DNA of 63,827 nucleotides, the filler included, from Reticulomyxa filosa (Eukaryota; Protista; Foraminifera): assembly GCA_000512085.1 (NCBI GenBank). It is 19 parts of 19 records of this genome, joined end to end, with 100 filler letters (N's around TTAATTAATTAA, not from the genome) between each part and the next. Parts side by side here need not be neighbours in the genome. Positions count along the whole stretch, not along the records: positions 61,420 to 63,827 come from ASPP01048377.1; 18 more parts are not named here. One strand, 5' to 3'. Under the pieces are notes generated by a model. That model did not search any database. It saw only the letters and a list, made by a program, of their open reading frames with translations, and was not told the DNA's origin. Positions within the stretch are counted from its first letter, which is position 1; each line of letters opens with the position of its first letter. Positions 62,701 to 63,827 of the stretch are shown piece by piece. The translations under genes and the position numbers were made by a program.

Positions 62701-63827
62701 ATTTTTTAGTAAACAACTTGGCACTTAGTGTATTAAATATATAAATTAGATAAGTAATAAATATACGTATGTGGCAGCTTGCAAAAAAAAACAACATAAT
62801 AATCTAAAATGTTATTTTATGGACTTCTTGTTTTCTTTTTTAGATAAACTACTTCCTAAATATTTTCGAATTTATAACTATTCTTTGTTAGAATTTATTT
62901 TTTAACTTACCTTGAATTATTTAAACTAATTTTGCACTGTGTTTTATACATTATTGAATACACATTTTTGTTGGTATCTACTGTAGGAGCGATGAATTAC
63001 GACTAAACCTAATACGAAAGGACTTTGTTCCAAGAAACAAAATTTCAGTAAAATGAAACTAATTAAATAAAAATAATTTTGTAGATACGTAGAATAAATC
63101 ACAGACTATCTTTCATATATGTTGTAATATCTTATTTTTTGCATTTGTTTGAAAGGTTATACATTCAATTTTTTTTAGCTGACTTTTACAGTATAGCTTT
63201 TTTTTTTCGTAATAAAAATTCTTTTATTAAATCTCTATCAAACTGTAAAGAAAAAATAATCCATTTGATAAACGTTTACACTTGGCTTAAAAGAAAATTT
63301 TATGTGTGATGCAAGGATATGTTGTCAATTTTTTCCAATGTCTTACGCCAATTAGAGAAATAAGGATGAAATTTATCAAGATTTTTTTGTTGACTATCGA
63401 AAAAAATCTCGTTTTTTACTCTAATTTTTCTTCCAAAAAAATCTACTCTAAAAACAAACCAAAAAAAATTGACGGAAAGCTCGATTAAGATATTGAACTA
63501 GTTGAAATATCAAACATGAAAGTGATGTTACACACGTTCCATTATTAATTTGTATATTGATTTTAATCACAATACTCTTTTCAAAAAAAAAGAATAGTAC
63601 AAATATTTTTGCTTGGAAAAAATAGACGACAAAAATTAAAACTACTCTGGTTTTCCCAAAAAAATAAAGGATTATTCTTTTCAATTTTGAAGATATCGTG
63701 TCCCAATTAACAACAACTTACACTTAAGAATAAAATACTTTGAAAACATTAATTAGTGCAAGACGTGTTGATGTTTTATCTATTTGATGCAAACAAAAAG
63801 ATCAAAAGTTTGTGGGATTTGTGAGAA

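Overview
AT-rich, intron-rich eukaryotic DNA. It is not one locus but 19 short assembly pieces joined by 18 artificial 100-bp spacers (N44-TTAATTAATTAA-N44), so gene order across spacers means nothing. The expanded WD40, Kelch, RING-like, NACHT and ART families, the many decayed duplicates and the intron style suggest a foraminiferan such as Reticulomyxa filosa (inference from recalled family style, not from a search). Recognisable housekeeping genes: RTCA, EXOSC9/RRP45, TUBGCP2, DDAH, a LisH-CTLH (GID8-like) fragment, a CAP-Gly fragment, a ZIFL-like MFS transporter, a probable Nup160 fragment and an OadA/PycB-type carboxyltransferase. There are pseudogenes or disrupted copies of RPB3, a class-3 lipase, a DSD1-type PLP enzyme, a NACHT NTPase and WD40/RING-like genes. 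Most interesting: (1) a modular family in which one conserved phase-0 33-35-codon cassette exon links different N-terminal parts (short leader, Kelch, or ADP-ribosyltransferase+Kelch) to a WD40 propeller; (2) a six-exon secreted histidine-brace (LPMO-like) protein that the ORF track catches only in part; (3) a strand-polarised multi-hairpin RNA-like element at 47930-48099; (4) a 60-bp inverted repeat at 33165-33354. All exon boundaries were read by eye and are not confirmed by transcripts.
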